DNA from: Clostridiales bacterium
Lineage (GTDB): Bacteria; Bacillota; Clostridia; Christensenellales; CAG-138
DNA: 64,000 nucleotides
Direction: 5' to 3'
NCBI GenBank assembly: GCA_004558825.1
Contig: SFDB01000001.1
Span: 137,427 to 201,426, forward strand
A program made the translations under genes and the position numbers. Positions within the stretch are counted from its first letter, which is position 1; every line of letters starts with the position of its first letter. Of this stretch, positions 36,652 to 44,349 are shown one piece after another. Below the pieces are notes generated by a model. The model did not search any database, was not told where the DNA came from, and saw only the letters and a program-made list of their open reading frames with translations.

Positions 36652-37779
36652 TTATCTTTTCCTGTGCTTCGGAGCGACTATGACGCGCCTGTTAGGCTCC
36701 TCGCCCTCGCTGTGCGTCGTAACGTATGGATTGCCCTGGAGCGCCGAATGCATAACCCTGCGCTCATACGGATTCATGGGCTCAAGCGCGCGCTGTCTGC
36801 CTGTCGCCTTGACCTGCGCGGCAACCTTGCGTGCAAGGCGGATTAACGTCTCCTCCCGCTTGCACCTGTAGCCCTCCGTATCAACCATAACTCGCTTATA
36901 GCCGTCCTCTTTACGGTTCTTGTTCACATACAGCGAAGCAAGATACTGTATCGCATCGAGCGTCTCTCCCCTGCGGCCGATAAGCACACCCTGCGTTTTG
37001 CCGTCTATGCGCATCATCACCTCGTCGTCGTTCGAGCAGGCAAGCACGTCTGCTTCTATGCCCATATGTCTGACAAGGTCGAGCACGAACTGTGCTCCGG
37101 GCTCGTTTTGCGCAGCTTCCTTCGTATAGTCGATACTCTCGTTGTTGCGCATCAGCTTAAGCTCCTGCCGCTCCCTGCGCCGCGCTCTTACAGGGCGCTC
37201 ACGCTCTTCACCGCTCATCACCTGCTCTGCATCTCCGCTCGGCTCCGCTGCGTTTATCTCAACAGGCGTCGGCACCTTTTCTGCAACAGCACCGGCGTTT
37301 TCCGCTTTAAGCGCGGTCACATCGTTTTCAGGCTCTTCCGTTTTCTTCGGTGCCTCGGGCGATTCGCATCTGTCGCGTTTGAAGCCGTCCTTTGTTTTCT
37401 CGGCACGCGCGGGCCTTTCTCTGCGTTCCTGTATTTCGGGCCTTTCGCATTTGTCCCCGCGCTCGGGGCGTTCGGGCTTTTCTCGCCTGTCGCGCCTTTC
37501 GCCTCTGTCGCCGCTGCGCTCGCGCCTGTCGCGCTGTCTTCCTGCGTCGCCTCTGTCTCGGCGCGCAAGTTCCTTGAAGTCGGGGACTACGACATCCTCG
37601 GGCTCCTTCTGTGTAAGGCGCACCTTTGCGGGCTTCGCGCCTATGCCGAGTATGCCGCTCGTCTCATGCTGCAATACCTCTATTGTTACCTCGTCTATCG
37701 AAATTTCAAGCTGCTTCAAGCCGTTAAATACAGCAGCATCAACGGACTTGCCTGTTGCCTCTATTGTCTTTAGCGTCAT
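36652..37779 (-). CDS. jag: Jag/KhpB (EloR) RNA-binding protein with expanded Arg/Glu/Asp-rich linker
   Basis: Jag_N (MTLKTIEATGKSVDAAV..), then a C-terminal KH (..GVLIGRRGETLDAIQYL..) and R3H (..LEPMNPYERRVMHSAL..). An approximately 150-aa RDRRE/ERPE repeat linker lies between them. Overlaps the yidC stop. Confidence 0.9.
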   Translation of the reverse strand: MTLKTIEATGKSVDAAVFNGLKQLEISIDEVTIEVLQHETSGILGIGAKPAKVRLTQKEPEDVVVPDFKELARRDRGDAGRQRDRRERSGDRGERRDRREKPERPERGDKCERPEIQERRERPARAEKTKDGFKRDRCESPEAPKKTEEPENDVTALKAENAGAVAEKVPTPVEINAAEPSGDAEQVMSGEERERPVRARRRERQELKLMRNNESIDYTKEAAQNEPGAQFVLDLVRHMGIEADVLACSNDDEVMMRIDGKTQGVLIGRRGETLDAIQYLASLYVNKNRKEDGYKRVMVDTEGYRCKREETLIRLARKVAAQVKATGRQRALEPMNPYERRVMHSALQGNPYVTTHSEGEEPNRRVIVAPKHRKR

Positions 37780-38798
37780 TTTTTCTCCCCCGAAGCACCT
37801 GCGGCGTCAGGCGCTACGCGCGGATACTTCTTATTCAAAATCAAGTTGATAACTATCATGCAAACGTTGCTGATCGACCAATATATTGCGAAAGCCGCAT
37901 TCGAGCTTAAGCACGCGATAAAGCTGACGATCGGGAACATGTACATCATTAGTTTGTTCGTCTGCTCCTGCTGCGACGCCGCGTTGCCGGCGCTTGCCGA
38001 TTTATCCTTCGGCTTTTTGGGCTGCTGAAGCTTAGATGCAAGGAACATGAGTCCGCCTGCGATGAGCGGCCATATGAACCAACCGTTGTTATGGCCTGCA
38101 TACATCTCTTTGAACGGCGCCGTAAGCGTATTATATGTTGCTATCGCGGAATCACTCGTCAGGAACGTCCAAACCGTCTTAACTTCACCGCCGACAACCA
38201 TCTTGCTCTGTATCGCAAGGCCGAGCTGCTCAAACGTCAGCAGTGCGTCCGGATTATGCTTAAAGAAAAGAAGGTGCGAAAGATTTTTCGTCGACAGGAA
38301 TGATACGGCGTCCATAACGACGGGCTTAAAGCCGTTATCCGCCTGCCAGATGTTGTTTACCCAAAGGAACTTGTAGCTAGCGAAAAGCTTCGTCGCTTCG
38401 GCGGCATCCCTGTTCGCCGTCAGAAGAAGCTCTATCATTTGCTCGTTTGCCCAGTATCTGAACGCCTCAAAGAAGCAGATAAACAACGGGAATGTTATAA
38501 GAAGCGGCAGGCAGCTCGACCACATGCTCACGCCGCCCTCTTTCATCAGCTTTTTATGCTCTATCTGAAGTTTTTGCGGATTGTCTTTGTATTTTTTTTG
38601 CAGCCGTTCAAGTTCGGGCTGTATGAGCGCCATCTTCGCGCTTGACTTGCGCGTCTTTATATCGCTGAAAATCGTGACGCATCTTAACAGGACCGTGCAT
38701 ACCACAATGGTAAGCACCGTGTTCTCAAGCGCTATGTTCGAGTAAACCCACTTCATAGCCTCAAGAAACCAATTCGATAGGAAAAACGCTCCCTCCAC
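37776..38798 (-). CDS. yidC: YidC/Oxa1-family membrane protein insertase
   Basis: 340 aa polytopic protein. ..PELERLQKKYKDNPQKLQIEHKKLMKEGGV.. is the conserved YidC amphipathic loop. GTG start with GAGGGG RBS. Confidence 0.9.
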   Translation of the reverse strand: MEGAFFLSNWFLEAMKWVYSNIALENTVLTIVVCTVLLRCVTIFSDIKTRKSSAKMALIQPELERLQKKYKDNPQKLQIEHKKLMKEGGVSMWSSCLPLLITFPLFICFFEAFRYWANEQMIELLLTANRDAAEATKLFASYKFLWVNNIWQADNGFKPVVMDAVSFLSTKNLSHLLFFKHNPDALLTFEQLGLAIQSKMVVGGEVKTVWTFLTSDSAIATYNTLTAPFKEMYAGHNNGWFIWPLIAGGLMFLASKLQQPKKPKDKSASAGNAASQQEQTNKLMMYMFPIVSFIACLSSNAAFAIYWSISNVCMIVINLILNKKYPRVAPDAAGASGEKK

Positions 38799-38807
38799 GG
38801 ATGCCCC

Positions 38808-39059
38808 TCACTTTCGTTCGTAAGTTTTCTTTTTTCGTGTCGGATACTCGTCCGGCACAGGATCATAGCCGCCCTGTGCAAAAGGGTTGCAGCGCAAAAG
38901 CCTTCGCATGGCAAGCAAAAATCCCCTTCGCGCCCCAAAGCGCTTCACGGCTTCGAGCGCATATTGAGAGCAGGTCGGAATGTAGCGGCACGAAGCCGGC
39001 AGAAGCGGCGAAACAAATCGCCTGTAGCCTTCGATCAGTCCAAGAATTATGCCCTTCAT
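38808..39059 (-). CDS. yidD: Membrane protein insertion efficiency factor YidD
   Basis: 83 aa. ..[30 protein letters not shown]...R...C.P is the YidD signature. Confidence 0.92.
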   Translation of the reverse strand: MKGIILGLIEGYRRFVSPLLPASCRYIPTCSQYALEAVKRFGARRGFLLAMRRLLRCNPFAQGGYDPVPDEYPTRKKKTYERK

Positions 39060-39409
39060 CGCTTTGCGCCCGGCTCCGCGATAAGGTTCGCTTTTTCCAA
39101 AAGTCCGCTTACATCGCTCACGAGCAGCTCAAACCGCTCGTCCTTAGCTTTTTCTCGCGCAATAAAAACAAGATTCCAGCCATGCGCGATCCTGTCGAAA
39201 TTGCAGTCTATCGCAGCCCTCAGCCGCCGTTTTATCCTGTTTCGCGCAACGCTGTTTCCAAGCCTTTTGCTCACCGAAATGCCGACCCTCAGCGAATCAT
39301 GACGGCCGCGTGTGTAAAGGAGAACCGCCGAGCGGCACTTTTGCGCCTTGCCCGCCCTGTATACGCGCTTGAACTCCTTATTGCGTTTCAGTGAAAAACA
39401 GCGTTTCAA
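39056..39409 (-). CDS. rnpA: Ribonuclease P protein component
   Basis: 117 aa, basic. ..[23 protein letters not shown].. is the RNR motif. Lies between rpmH and yidD. Confidence 0.92.
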   Translation of the reverse strand: MKRCFSLKRNKEFKRVYRAGKAQKCRSAVLLYTRGRHDSLRVGISVSKRLGNSVARNRIKRRLRAAIDCNFDRIAHGWNLVFIAREKAKDERFELLVSDVSGLLEKANLIAEPGAKR

Positions 39410-39516
39410 ATCTTACCTCATCGCGTTTTTAAGCGCCTCAAGGGGTGAGCTTTCCCCACCCCATAACAGCATCGCTTTATTCAGAGGCATCAAAAACGCC
39501 ATAGCGCACTCAAGGC

Positions 39517-39651
39517 TTACGCCGAGAGCCTTTTTCTGCCCTTAAGCCTTCTGCGGGCCAGCACGTTCCTTCCGTTAGCGGTCTTCATGCGCTGACGGAA
39601 GCCGTGTACCTTTTTCCTCTGCCTTTTCTTAGGCTGGTAGGTCTGTAGCAT
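39517..39651 (-). CDS. rpmH: 50S ribosomal protein L34
   Basis: Not in the ORF track (44 aa). The reverse strand reads [44 protein letters not shown]. Confidence 0.95.
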   Translation of the reverse strand: MLQTYQPKKRQRKKVHGFRQRMKTANGRNVLARRRLKGRKRLSA

Positions 39652-39947
39652 TTCAAGCACCTCACTTCAAGTAATACTAATTATGAAAGAGATCTGCCCT
39701 CGCATTTTGCCCCGGGCGCGTCTCGTTCCAATCGCTGCGCACAATGCGCCATACCAAGCTATTATATCTGCGATATCAAAAACCGTCAAGGGGTGAAACC
39801 CTTCAATTATGTATTCTTTTGCTCGGTTCAAATCGAGTAAAAGCCTCAACGCCTGCTTTATCATATTTTGCCAATCTGCATCTCGGCGGCCGAGTTCAAC
39901 AATCGTGGATTTTTGTATTATCGTCATTAACATTTCTTTGAATGGGC

Positions 39948-39975
39948 TTGCATTTTCTCGCTTTCGTGTTAAAAT
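39948..39975 (+). promoter_or_regulatory. Sigma-A-type promoter (extended -10) for the ferredoxin gene
   Basis: TTGCAT (39948-53), 16 nt, TGtTAAAAT (-10 hexamer at 39970-75). Confidence 0.55.
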
Positions 39976-40006
39976 GATTGTGAAACAATAAACGGAGGTA
40001 ATTATC

Positions 40007-40177
40007 ATGGCATACGTAATCAATGACACCTGCATTTGCTGCGGCGCTTGCGCTGCCGAATGCCCCGTCGGCGCTATCAGCGAAGGCGATGGCCGCTTTG
40101 TCATCGATCCCGACACTTGCATCGAATGCGGCGCTTGCGCAGGCACATGCCCCGTCGGCGCACCGAACGCTCAGTAA
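40007..40177 (+). CDS. fdx: 2x[4Fe-4S] clostridial-type ferredoxin
   Basis: Not in the ORF track (56 aa): MAYVINDTCICCGACAAECPVGAISEGDGRFVIDPDTCIECGACAGTCPVGAPNAQ*. Two CxxCxxCxxxCP motifs. GGAGG RBS. Confidence 0.93.
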   Translation: MAYVINDTCICCGACAAECPVGAISEGDGRFVIDPDTCIECGACAGTCPVGAPNAQ

Positions 40178-40192
40178 TCGTTAAGCACCGTA

Positions 40193-40229
40193 AAGCCCAC
40201 CGAGGAGTTTTCTTTTCGGTGGGTTTTTA
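40193..40229 (+). terminator. Terminator after the ferredoxin gene
   Basis: CCCACCGA (40196-203) pairs with TCGGTGGG (40216-223), followed by TTTTT. Confidence 0.75.
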
Positions 40230-40252
40230 TTCTTCGGAGGTGAAAGGATAAA

Positions 40253-41134
40253 ATGCGAAGCGAGAAAGAAATGTTTGAGCTCATACTCGGCGTTGCGGAA
40301 CGCGACGACAGGATACGCGCGGTTTTTATGAACGGCTCCCGCGCGGACGCAAACTCACGGAAAGATATATTTCAGGACTACGACATTGTATACGTCGTAA
40401 CCGATACCGCTCCGTTCTTGTCCGACCCGTCTTTTACCGATGTATTCGGAGAAAAGCTCATTTCTGAGGAGCCGGACAAGCTTGACCGCTCCGTAGGCAT
40501 GGACATAGACTTTGCCGACGGCTACACATATCTCATGCAGTTTACCGACGGAAACAGGATAGATCTGCATCTTTCGCCGCTGAAAAACGCCGAACGGGAC
40601 TTCCTTAGCGATCCGCCCATGGTAAAGCTGCTCGACAAGGACGGCCTGCTGCCGCCCGTGCCTGAATCGGCGAACGCGAAATACATCGTCGCCCGCCCCA
40701 CCGCCGAGCAGGTAAACGCCTGCTGCGTCGATTTCTGGTGGACCGCCCCGTACTGTGCAAAAGGGCTTTGGCGCGACGAGCTGCTCTATGCAAACAAAAT
40801 CCTTTCCTCATGCGTCCGTGAGCACCTCGTCGAAATGCTCGATTGGCTTGTGGGCGTTAGCTCCGATTTTACCGTAAGCACGGGAAAGGCAAGCAAATAT
40901 CTAAAGCTTCTCCTGAGCGCCGATGATTACGGGGCGCTTTTGAAAACATTTTCGTCATCAAGCGTGCAGGATGCGTGGGAAGCGCTGCTTTGCGCGTGCC
41001 GCCTTTTCGACAGCGCCGCGCGCCGTGTTTGCTCTGCTCTTGGGCTTGCCTATGACGAAAAAAGCGCCGCTTCAAGCATGTCCTTTATAAAGCATATCAA
41101 GGAATTGCCCGGCAGCGCAAAGGAAATATATTGA
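40253..41134 (+). CDS. aadK: Aminoglycoside 6-adenylyltransferase, ANT(6)/AadK family
   Basis: MRSEKEMFELILGVAERDDRIRAVFMNGSRA..FQDYDIVYVVTD..GNRIDLHL..FWWTAPYCAKGLWRDELLYA parallels B. subtilis AadK along its full length. Confidence 0.88.
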   Translation: MRSEKEMFELILGVAERDDRIRAVFMNGSRADANSRKDIFQDYDIVYVVTDTAPFLSDPSFTDVFGEKLISEEPDKLDRSVGMDIDFADGYTYLMQFTDGNRIDLHLSPLKNAERDFLSDPPMVKLLDKDGLLPPVPESANAKYIVARPTAEQVNACCVDFWWTAPYCAKGLWRDELLYANKILSSCVREHLVEMLDWLVGVSSDFTVSTGKASKYLKLLLSADDYGALLKTFSSSSVQDAWEALLCACRLFDSAARRVCSALGLAYDEKSAASSMSFIKHIKELPGSAKEIY

Positions 41135-41150
41135 CAATAAACCGCCGCGG

Positions 41151-42110
41151 CTATGCCTCGTAATCGCCGTAAAACCGCGCGGCGCGTTCATGCACAAGCC
41201 CGCTTCGGAGGCTTTTGTTGACAGCGTCCATGCTTTCGATTGCGAACGATGATGCGGCGCAGGCGAACCGGGCTGCTTTTTTCGCCGAAAACCCGCATGA
41301 ATATGCATACGCAAGCGCGGCCGTCAGGCAATCGCCCGCTCCCGTAAGGCTCTTTATTTCAGCAGGCACGGCTTCGACACAAAACGATTCGACCGAGTCG
41401 GCGAACGCAACCCCGTTCCTGCCGTCGGCAACAAACGCGCTTTTTACGCCCGATTTTACGAGCGCTTTCGCTTCATCAAGCGCCGTCGGAAGCCGCTTTT
41501 TCATCAACGCCTCCGCCTCGATACGGTTCGGACGCAGCACATCTATATGCCCGAGTGCCCGCTCAAGCCTCATCGCTTTTTTCGTTGATACAGGGTCTAC
41601 AAAAAGCTTTGTTCCGCAGTTTTCCGCAAGCCAAAGCATCGATTCCGCGCTTATGTTGGCGTCGGCGACGCATACTCTTGCGCCCTTTATAAGCGAGGCC
41701 GCGATTTCAAGCCGCCGCGGAGTTATAAGAGCGCATATTTCCATGTCCGACACGGCAAGTCGCATGTCTCCGTCGCTGTCGGCAATAAAAAGATAAACAG
41801 ACGTGGGCGTTTCATCCGAGAAAACGCAGTACGATGTATCGATATCGAGTTTTTTGCATATTTCTGCGAGCCTTTCGCCATGAGCATCGTTGCCGATAGC
41901 GGCAATAAAATATGTTTTCAACCCAAGCAGGCTTAGATTTGAAGCAATATTCAGCCCAACGCCGCCCGCAGACAGCGTTACACTTCCCGGATTCGAGTCG
42001 CGCTCAACGAGAGGCCTATGCGATATGCCGCATATATCCATATTCGCGCCGCCTATGACGACGGCATACGGCTCATTTGAGCCGTTCATTGATTGATTCG
42101 GCATTTTCAT
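41151..42110 (-). CDS. psuK: PfkB-family kinase, pseudouridine kinase-like
   Basis: ..VVIGGANMDICGISHRPLVERDSNPGSVTLSAGGVGLNIASNLSLLG..LRPNRIEAEAL..TGAGDCLTAAL.. parallels E. coli YeiC/PsuK. The start is more likely ATG at 42104 (GGAAGG 6 nt upstream). Overlaps the DMT gene end. Confidence 0.8.
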   Translation of the reverse strand: MKMPNQSMNGSNEPYAVVIGGANMDICGISHRPLVERDSNPGSVTLSAGGVGLNIASNLSLLGLKTYFIAAIGNDAHGERLAEICKKLDIDTSYCVFSDETPTSVYLFIADSDGDMRLAVSDMEICALITPRRLEIAASLIKGARVCVADANISAESMLWLAENCGTKLFVDPVSTKKAMRLERALGHIDVLRPNRIEAEALMKKRLPTALDEAKALVKSGVKSAFVADGRNGVAFADSVESFCVEAVPAEIKSLTGAGDCLTAALAYAYSCGFSAKKAARFACAASSFAIESMDAVNKSLRSGLVHERAARFYGDYEA

Positions 42111-43023
42111 CCTTCCCCACGGGAGCGGCTAAGCGTTTTTTTGTTATTCCGCACACAACCACGCCGCCCACTATCAACACGGCGCCTATTACGGCCATCC
42201 AGGATATCTTTTCGTTGAGAAATATGCGCGCCATCACAAGCGTCACGAACGGCCCGACATACACATAATTATTCGTTACCACAACGCCGAGCTTTTTTGT
42301 CGCAACATTCCACGTCGCATAGCATACACCGCTCGCAAGTATACCGAGAAACAATATGCAAAACCACGACCCGGCAGTTCCGAACGCTTCCATACGGAGC
42401 GGCCTATTCTCGATAAGCGCCGCGGGAAGCGTCGTAATCAGGCCGTAGAATACAACCTTTCGAGATAAAACAATGCTGTCGTACCTGTCGACATAGCGCT
42501 TCAATATAACCGCGTATATCGCCCAGCATGCAGCCGCGCACACCGAAAGCACATCTCCCACGGGGTTAAGCTTCAGCATCACCGTTCCGTTAAAAACGAC
42601 GAGCGCCACGCCCGTTATCGCTATAAGCGATCCCCAAACCGTGTTCAGCCGCAGCTTCTCATCCTTCGTGAAAAAGTGCGCAAGCACCGCCGTGAATATG
42701 GGCGCCGAAGCGACAAGTATGCTCACATTCGACGCAAGCGTAAACGTAAGCGCGAAATTTTCGGCCAAAAAATACGCCGTGCACCCGAAAAGCCCCATCA
42801 GAAAGCATCCGAGTTCGTCGCGCCACACCGGCCTGCTCCATTTTGGCCTGATCGCCCACAGCGCCGCATACGCAAGAATGAAACGCATCACCATCATTTG
42901 CGGCGGCGTAAAGAAGCTCAGCATATGCTTGCTGACGACGTATGTGCTTCCCCAGACGGTTATCGTAAAAAGGGCTATTGCGTGGCCGCTCAGCTTATCC
43001 TTATTGATATTTATTTTTTTCAT
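42073..43023 (-). CDS. DMT-superfamily (EamA) transporter
   Basis: 10 TM, two EamA halves. Start at MKKININKD (43023). The track's 43-codon N-terminal extension is unlikely, since it overlaps the upstream DUF2087 gene. Confidence 0.85.
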   Translation of the reverse strand: MKKININKDKLSGHAIALFTITVWGSTYVVSKHMLSFFTPPQMMVMRFILAYAALWAIRPKWSRPVWRDELGCFLMGLFGCTAYFLAENFALTFTLASNVSILVASAPIFTAVLAHFFTKDEKLRLNTVWGSLIAITGVALVVFNGTVMLKLNPVGDVLSVCAAACWAIYAVILKRYVDRYDSIVLSRKVVFYGLITTLPAALIENRPLRMEAFGTAGSWFCILFLGILASGVCYATWNVATKKLGVVVTNNYVYVGPFVTLVMARIFLNEKISWMAVIGAVLIVGGVVVCGITKKRLAAPVGKDENAESINERLK

Positions 43024-43313
43024 TACTGCGCATCCGTCTCGGTGTTTTCGCGTTTTACGCGCATGTACTCGCTCCCGTCGCGTTTGCGGCTCAAAAAGCC
43101 GAAATCGACAAGCGCACGTCGCAATATCACATGGTCGCCCGTAGTGCTCCACCTTTTGAGCAGCTCGTTCACCTCGCGCTCCGCATACACCTTGTCAAAC
43201 TCAAACTTTTCGCTTAAATACTCATATATGTCCATGCGTATCCCGTGCTTTGAGGGAAGCTGCCTAAGCCTGCCCTCCTCGTCAAGAAAACGCATATATC
43301 TCGTGTCGGTCAT
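43023..43313 (-). CDS. DUF2087-domain protein
   Basis: 96 aa. ..LPSKHGIRMDIYEYLSEKFEFDKVYAEREVNELLKRW..DHVILRRALVDFGFLSR fits the DUF2087 pattern. Its stop overlaps the DMT start. Confidence 0.7.
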   Translation of the reverse strand: MTDTRYMRFLDEEGRLRQLPSKHGIRMDIYEYLSEKFEFDKVYAEREVNELLKRWSTTGDHVILRRALVDFGFLSRKRDGSEYMRVKRENTETDAQ

Positions 43314-43396
43314 CGTCTTTCTCCGTCAGGAATATTTTTCGATACATTCATACACCAAATGCGGAGAATAGTCAATCATATGTTAAAACAAATGCC

Positions 43397-44341
43397 CTAA
43401 AATGACCTGAACAACATGGCCGCGCCGACCGCGCCCGCATCGTTGCCCATCTCCGAGACGGTTATTTCGCACGGCGAATCAAAAAAGCACATCTTTTTTA
43501 CTCTTTCTCCGAGCGGCTTGAGCAGGGCGTCGCCCGCGCCGCTTATTCCTCCGCCTATGGCTATCACTTCAGGATCGAACACATTTATTATCGATACCGT
43601 AAATGCGGCAAGCGCATCCATATATTCATCGAAAGCGCTCTTTGCGGGTTCGTCCCCAAGCAGCGCGCAGCCGACAATCTCCTTTGCGTTAATGCTGCCG
43701 TCTTTTTCTATTATTTCCGCCATCATGCCGCCGCAGCCGTTTTGCACGCGCCTTAAGGCGCCTTTAATCAAGGCGGAGGCGCTTATAAGCGTTTCCGCGC
43801 AGCCGAGCGTGCCGCAGGTGCATCTTTCGCCCCGAAAATCAAGCACCGCGTGACCAAGCTCCACTCCGTTGCCGCGTCCTCCGTTAAAAAGCTTGCCGCC
43901 CATTATTATACCGCCGCCTACGCCCGTGCCGAGCGTCACGAGCACGGCGCACGAACGCCCCTTAAACACGCCCTTGTAAAGCTCCGCAAGCGCCGCCGCG
44001 TTCGCATCGTTCACCATGTTCACGGGTATCCCCTTAAAATGCTCCTGAGCATATCGTCTGAGCGGCACATTCCGAAACCCGAGATTATAAGCGTCCTTAA
44101 CGACTTCGCCGTCGCGGCTTATGCTGCCCGGAACGGCAATGCCGGCGCTTCTGACGCCGTTCATGCTTTCGCCGCAGCCGCGCATAAGCTCTGCAGCCAT
44201 ATCGTAAAGCATCTTAGCGACAAATCGGCCGTCCCTTCCCTTCGGAAACGGACACGAAATCTTTCCTGCAATGCCTGAATCTTCGTCGGCGGCAACCGCG
44301 GCTATCTTCGTTCCGCCTATATCAAAGCCAATATCCAACAT
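43397..44341 (-). CDS. ROK-family sugar kinase (glucokinase-like)
   Basis: ..GFDIGGTKIAAV.., ..NDANAAALAE.., and the Zn motif ..GHAVLDFRGERCTCGTLGCAE... The start is ambiguous (44341 or 44386). Confidence 0.88.
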   Translation of the reverse strand: MLDIGFDIGGTKIAAVAADEDSGIAGKISCPFPKGRDGRFVAKMLYDMAAELMRGCGESMNGVRSAGIAVPGSISRDGEVVKDAYNLGFRNVPLRRYAQEHFKGIPVNMVNDANAAALAELYKGVFKGRSCAVLVTLGTGVGGGIIMGGKLFNGGRGNGVELGHAVLDFRGERCTCGTLGCAETLISASALIKGALRRVQNGCGGMMAEIIEKDGSINAKEIVGCALLGDEPAKSAFDEYMDALAAFTVSIINVFDPEVIAIGGGISGAGDALLKPLGERVKKMCFFDSPCEITVSEMGNDAGAVGAAMLFRSF

Positions 44342-44349
44342 ACTTACAT

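Noticed and set aside
37066-37849. Two 235-aa + ORFs (37066..37773, 37142..37849)
   Set aside because: They are antisense to jag. They arise from the repetitive GC-rich Arg/Glu linker coding region, and their translation is low-complexity Ser/Arg/Leu.
39652-40006. Possible oriC or DnaA-box cluster upstream of rpmH
   Set aside because: There is only one weak TGTGGATAA-like match (cGTGGATtt), no AT-rich unwinding element that I can see, and no dnaA gene adjacent. GC-skew analysis on the whole genome is needed.
39667-40146. 159-aa minus-strand ORF
   Set aside because: It is antisense to a textbook 2x[4Fe-4S] ferredoxin (two CxxCxxCxxxCP motifs) that has its own promoter, RBS and terminator.
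43024-43152. 43-codon N-terminal extension of the DMT transporter ORF (track start 43152)
   Set aside because: The extension is Arg/Cys/His-rich and overlaps the DUF2087 gene. MKKININKD at 43023 gives a normal EamA N-terminus and a stop/start overlap.
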